IMG/VR virus record: IMGVR_UViG_3300032299_001001
Coordinates: 1 to 64,000 of that record
Strand: one strand, 5' to 3'
Length of the DNA: 64,000 nt
Source: an uncultured virus (IMG/VR IMGVR_UViG_3300032299_001001)
Lineage: Duplodnaviria > Heunggongvirae > Uroviricota > Caudoviricetes
The position numbers and the translations under genes are program-made. The notes beneath the pieces are model-generated. The model did no database searches, had not been told where the DNA came from, and worked only from the letters and a program-made list of their open reading frames with translations. Of this stretch, positions 60,230 to 64,000 are shown piece after piece (position 1 is the first letter of the stretch; each line of letters starts with the position of its first letter).

Positions 60230-60729
60230 GGGGTCTTCTGGATGCCGCGCATCACTGACTTGATGAAATCGGGCGATTCCTTCTCCTCAAGCATCGCAGC
60301 AATCCGAGCCGCCTCGGCCTTCTGCTCCGGAGTAACGCCCGGCACTTTATCGACCCCGATCCGCGAAATGATCGACTTCTTGAACGCAAGATCATCTTCC
60401 GCGTAAGCCTTGCTCGCTTCGTCCTTGCCGAACTCTTTTTTGCGCCACTCCTGCTGCTCTTCAGAAAGCTCGAACTCAGGCGTGTATCCAGTCTCTTCCA
60501 TCAAGTGCCGGGCCGCTTCGATTTTGAGAAGACCCTGCATCTTGTTCGGGTCGGCCATGTTACGGTTGAACGGGTTGGCCACGATTACCCGCGGCTCTTT
60601 GGGGTCACTTCCATTGAGTCCTGCGCCCCACGCCAAACCAGCGGTATTTGTATTCTTGCGGAACCACTCGGTCAGCCCGAGTTCGTCGGCTGTCTTGACC
60701 GGATACCCGTATGAAGTTCCCAGCGGCAT
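60226..60729 (-). CDS. Hypothetical protein
   Basis: TAATG coupling with the upstream gene. Confidence 0.55.
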   Translation of the reverse strand: MPLGTSYGYPVKTADELGLTEWFRKNTNTAGLAWGAGLNGSDPKEPRVIVANPFNRNMADPNKMQGLLKIEAARHLMEETGYTPEFELSEEQQEWRKKEFGKDEASKAYAEDDLAFKKSIISRIGVDKVPGVTPEQKAEAARIAAMLEEKESPDFIKSVMRGIQKTP

Positions 60730-60914
60730 TATACCCAATCGTCGTTAGCTTCTTCGCGTGTTTCGGTCTCGTCCTGTTGGAACATGGTGTCCTCCTTGGA
60801 CAACACCTCAGTCACCGCATCGACGGCCTGAAGCCAATCCGGCGCGGTCAGCGAAATCATCCGCAGCGGTGGCGCATTCTTCCGCAACTCCTCAACTGTG
60901 ACGCGATACGACAT
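60729..60914 (-). CDS. Hypothetical protein
   Basis: ATAATAAC variant motif upstream. Confidence 0.5.
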   Translation of the reverse strand: MSYRVTVEELRKNAPPLRMISLTAPDWLQAVDAVTEVLSKEDTMFQQDETETREEANDDWV

Positions 60915-60942
60915 TGTGCGGTTATTATACCGCTAGATCAGT

Positions 60943-61218
60943 TCACAACCAAACGCGGCGTTGCTGCGTCGGCGTGATGGCATACTCTGCCGCCGGATCT
61001 GGCCGGTCGTCAGTCACGCGCAGGTTGAGGTGCCAGCCGTCGAGCAGCGTGCTGACTGGATTCTCGGGGTCGCTGTTGTCTACGTCTGCCAGCAGGCCCA
61101 CGGGATCAAGCGCATAGCCCTCGCCGCTGGTTTTCCAGCCGTTCTCGGCATCGTAGTAATCGGCCATCGCGGCTTGCGCTGTGGCCTCGTCGGGGAATTT
61201 GTAGAGGTAGTCCGTCAT
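60943..61218 (-). CDS. Fibre-associated small protein
   Basis: DYLYKFPDEATA...GWHLNLR...P...RRVW. Confidence 0.65.
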   Translation of the reverse strand: MTDYLYKFPDEATAQAAMADYYDAENGWKTSGEGYALDPVGLLADVDNSDPENPVSTLLDGWHLNLRVTDDRPDPAAEYAITPTQQRRVWL

Positions 61219-61222
61219 GGCT

Positions 61223-62566
61223 TTAGGTGGTTAGCTGTTGGAGCAGCGTGTTGCTCAAGCGGCGGGGCCAGTAGGCGATCTTGCGGATGTGGCCGTTGTA
61301 GCCAAGAGATGGGCTTGATCCTACGCGCAGATGCGTAATTCCCGATGGGACGCTTCCTGCGGTGTCTGAAACAACTGAAGCCCCGTTGACAGACATAGAA
61401 AAGTCGTTGGCAGCGATTGTGGCCGCCTGCTTCATCACGCTGCCGAGTGTGATGCTTCCAGCGTTGACGCTAGCTTGTGGGGCGCCGCCAGAATCCACAT
61501 ACAGCCTTACCTTGTCTGGAGATGTCTCCGTCAATAATAAGACTTGGTTGAGCGCAAAATTTGCATCGAAGCTAACAAGAGCTTTGTTTCCAGCCTGCGA
61601 GAAAGTCTGGACAAACTCCGCAAACAACGTCCCCTCGCTCTGATTGTAGAACGAACTAATCGGCGTGACGACCGCCGAGTCCGCTGCGCGTGTAGCGGTG
61701 GCGGTGGTCGTCGGGATGTAGCTGGTGGGGAAGCCGCCTGCTTCTATTTGGGCGCCCCAGACGTAGAGGCCGGAGGTGCCGTCGCCTGCAAACGATGCAG
61801 CGCCTGACGCATTAAAGACGTAAACAAACATCCCATAGCTCGTCAGTGCGCTCACGGCTCCGGTAAGGTCAGCGCGATACCATCCATTGCCTACCGAAGT
61901 AATGTTTGCGGAAGCCACCGTAGCGCCTGTTCCGTATTCAGCCGCGCTGGTTGAAATGGTCCCATTGGACAAATTAACTCCTACTTGAAACGCCGTCGTT
62001 TCAAGAGCGTTTCCGCATCTTAAAAGAGCGAAGTTATAGCCCCCAGCCTTGAAATACACGCTTGCTGTGACTGTTGCTCCAGCGGCAACGGAGCCGCCAA
62101 CTTGAGCCACGCGATGCGTAGAAACATTGCTTGTGGTTGGAATGACCAATTCGGCAGAAGTCGTTCCATCAGGAGCCGTGGTCGCGTTGGCAGAAACGGT
62201 GGCATCGCCTTTTACCCAGCTTGCATTATCCAACTCCGCGCTCCGCACCAACAGATTCGTCCGCTGCTCCTCTATCAGTAACCCACGCGATGCACCAGTC
62301 ACCGGATCGTGGTCGAAGCGCGGCGTGTCGTTGCTGGCCGTTTGCAGCACACCAGATGCGTCGAAGAAGGTGGCGTTGCTGGCGCGGGTGAAGGTGATCG
62401 CGGGCCCAATCCCGTGATTAAGCGTCTTATTACTGACAAAATTCCGGTAGAATGAACCGAACATGAAATCCAAAGCCGGAGGCAAACCGCCCACAACTTT
62501 GGCCATTGAACGCTCCAAAGAGTCGCCGGCCAACGCCGCGTTATTCTCTGGGAAATAGCTAGGCAT
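61223..62566 (-). CDS. Head/tail spike fibre with carbohydrate-binding (LamG-like) modules
   Basis: TFTRAS.AT, PRFDHDP, GLLIEEQRTNLL, NGWYR, WGAQIEAG.FPTSYIPT. Confidence 0.75.
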   Translation of the reverse strand: MPSYFPENNAALAGDSLERSMAKVVGGLPPALDFMFGSFYRNFVSNKTLNHGIGPAITFTRASNATFFDASGVLQTASNDTPRFDHDPVTGASRGLLIEEQRTNLLVRSAELDNASWVKGDATVSANATTAPDGTTSAELVIPTTSNVSTHRVAQVGGSVAAGATVTASVYFKAGGYNFALLRCGNALETTAFQVGVNLSNGTISTSAAEYGTGATVASANITSVGNGWYRADLTGAVSALTSYGMFVYVFNASGAASFAGDGTSGLYVWGAQIEAGGFPTSYIPTTTATATRAADSAVVTPISSFYNQSEGTLFAEFVQTFSQAGNKALVSFDANFALNQVLLLTETSPDKVRLYVDSGGAPQASVNAGSITLGSVMKQAATIAANDFSMSVNGASVVSDTAGSVPSGITHLRVGSSPSLGYNGHIRKIAYWPRRLSNTLLQQLTT

Positions 62567-62741
62567 TAAGCTCGTTGAGGGCGCTGACAAACTTGAACAT
62601 CAGCGTCTCGTTGGAGTCGACCGGAAGCGGTGCATAGGACCCGTTCAGCTTTTTGCTGACAAGCGACAGAGCTTTCTGCAAAAGCCGCTCGAAGCTGTCG
62701 CTCGGCAATGGGGTGTCACCTTCTGGAAAGTATGATGGCAT
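62559..62741 (-). CDS. Small protein (MPxYxPEGD family)
   Basis: MPSYFPEGDTPLPSDSFERLLQK. Confidence 0.6.
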   Translation of the reverse strand: MPSYFPEGDTPLPSDSFERLLQKALSLVSKKLNGSYAPLPVDSNETLMFKFVSALNELNA

Positions 62742-62761
62742 TAGGGTGTTATGATACATCC

Positions 62762-64000
62762 TCAAAATGATTGGAGCAACTGACCTGACCGCCGCGGGGC
62801 ATACTTCGAAGTCATCGTCGACTTCCAACTGCTCATCCCGCGGCGACTCCCGCCCGTCTCTTGAGGAGGACGAAGCCCGAACCGCTCGCGGACAACATCG
62901 AGCATGACGAAGGCCGCGTCGGCTACGTCGGGCGATCGGCCGATCCTGGCTTTCATGTCGGTCTTACTCTCGACGACGACCTTCATCGATCCGGATTTGC
63001 GCGTGTCGTAGTTCCGGCTGGTCATCTCCCGAGCAAGATCCGGACCGATCCCTCTTAGTTGATTATTCTGCAAAAACTCCTTCGCCCCGAACCAAAGCTC
63101 GGTGACGCGGTTCACATACTTATCCTGGGCCGCAGTCGCATCGTAAGCCGAGAGTGAGCGCCCCGAGGGAGCCCCGCCGAAGTGGACCCGCAGAAACTCG
63201 TTGGACCCGCAGACCGTGGCCATCGCATCGCAGAAGGGCACACCGCCGCCCGTCACGTCGACCCCGATGTTGCGCCACGGCACCCCAGCTTTGACCACGA
63301 TGTCTTTGATCTTCTTGGCGATCTGGAAGGTGCGCGGCTCGGGGTTGCTCGCCTCCTCGTCGAGGTAGTGGAACTCATCGAACGAAACCTGATCGACCCC
63401 ATCTTTATTCTGGCCAAACGAGCCCAAATAAATGACACACCTATCCCCGCCGCTCACAAAGGAGGGGTCGATGCCGACAATTCGTTCGACGCGGCCCCTC
63501 CACACGGGCTTCTGGTCGGCTTGGAAGCGAATGATTTCGGCCTCGCTGTAGATCGCTTTGCTGACCGCCTGGGGTGGCCAGAACCCCCGATAGTCACGCC
63601 AAAAGATCGGATTGTCCTCGCCGAGTCGTTCACGCGCCTCATCGATCTTCTCCCATCTCTGGATCGGCCATTTGTTCTCGCCGGCCAAGTAGTTCGGATT
63701 CTTGAGGGCATCGAGGTGCAGACAGACCCCACCCAGCTTCGTCTCCCACTTCTCATCATTGACCGTGATGCTCCCCCACCCGTTCGTCGGCTCGACGAAG
63801 CGCCCGAAGGGGTCGTAGTAGGAGACAGGGTTCGCCGCCGCGCAGATGTGGAGAAACGGGTTGTTCGAGAGGTTGGACATCGCCGTGTCGAGGAAGGCAT
63901 GACCCAACTCACTCAACTCGTCGGCCGCGACGATGACCCGCGGTGCCTTCATGCCTCGCATTTTGCCGGTCACCTCCGAGGTCTTTCGCGCCTCGGCCGG
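62762..64000 (-). CDS. terL: Terminase large subunit (5' end beyond the window)
   Basis: Walker B VAADE, AANP, GIDP...GGD, SPDVADA nuclease motifs; frame open to the window edge. Confidence 0.9.
   Translation of the reverse strand, partial: PAEARKTSEVTGKMRGMKAPRVIVAADELSELGHAFLDTAMSNLSNNPFLHICAAANPVSYYDPFGRFVEPTNGWGSITVNDEKWETKLGGVCLHLDALKNPNYLAGENKWPIQRWEKIDEARERLGEDNPIFWRDYRGFWPPQAVSKAIYSEAEIIRFQADQKPVWRGRVERIVGIDPSFVSGGDRCVIYLGSFGQNKDGVDQVSFDEFHYLDEEASNPEPRTFQIAKKIKDIVVKAGVPWRNIGVDVTGGGVPFCDAMATVCGSNEFLRVHFGGAPSGRSLSAYDATAAQDKYVNRVTELWFGAKEFLQNNQLRGIGPDLAREMTSRNYDTRKSGSMKVVVESKTDMKARIGRSPDVADAAFVMLDVVRERFGLRPPQETGGSRRGMSSWKSTMTSKYAPRRSGQLLQSF

Overview
The window is most of the genome of a tailed dsDNA phage (Caudoviricetes, podovirus-like gene content). 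No integrase, phage RNA polymerase, CRISPR array or rRNA was seen. Layout: (1) 0.2-12 kb, + strand replication module: RHH/HTH regulators, Holliday-junction resolvase, SF2 helicase fused to a Cas4-like nuclease, SSB-like protein, a family A DNA polymerase split into two genes, primase-helicase and dCMP deaminase. (2) 12.06-12.36 kb, an iteron/inverted-repeat origin candidate, then terS on the - strand. (3) 13.4-24.9 kb, + strand early/accessory region ending in tRNA-Glu(CTC). (4) 24.8-64 kb, - strand virion module: terL (partial), glycosyltransferases, portal, fibres, lysis genes, scaffold, major capsid, tail proteins, internal virion proteins and a 3755-aa polyvalent protein. The most striking signal is a 5.9-kb array (13451-19325) in which small genes, one of them an Ocr-like DNA mimic, are partitioned by 11 co-oriented copies of the repeat (G)TGCTGGCCTCTTA(A/G)[TTACGAAC]. 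The repeat sits at gene boundaries and supplies the stop codon of four genes, like a gene-cassette array. Also notable: four small ORFs nested in the +1 frame of the giant protein's linkers, a genome-wide GTAATAAC motif, and the split polymerase. All product calls come from motif recognition by eye; no database search was run.
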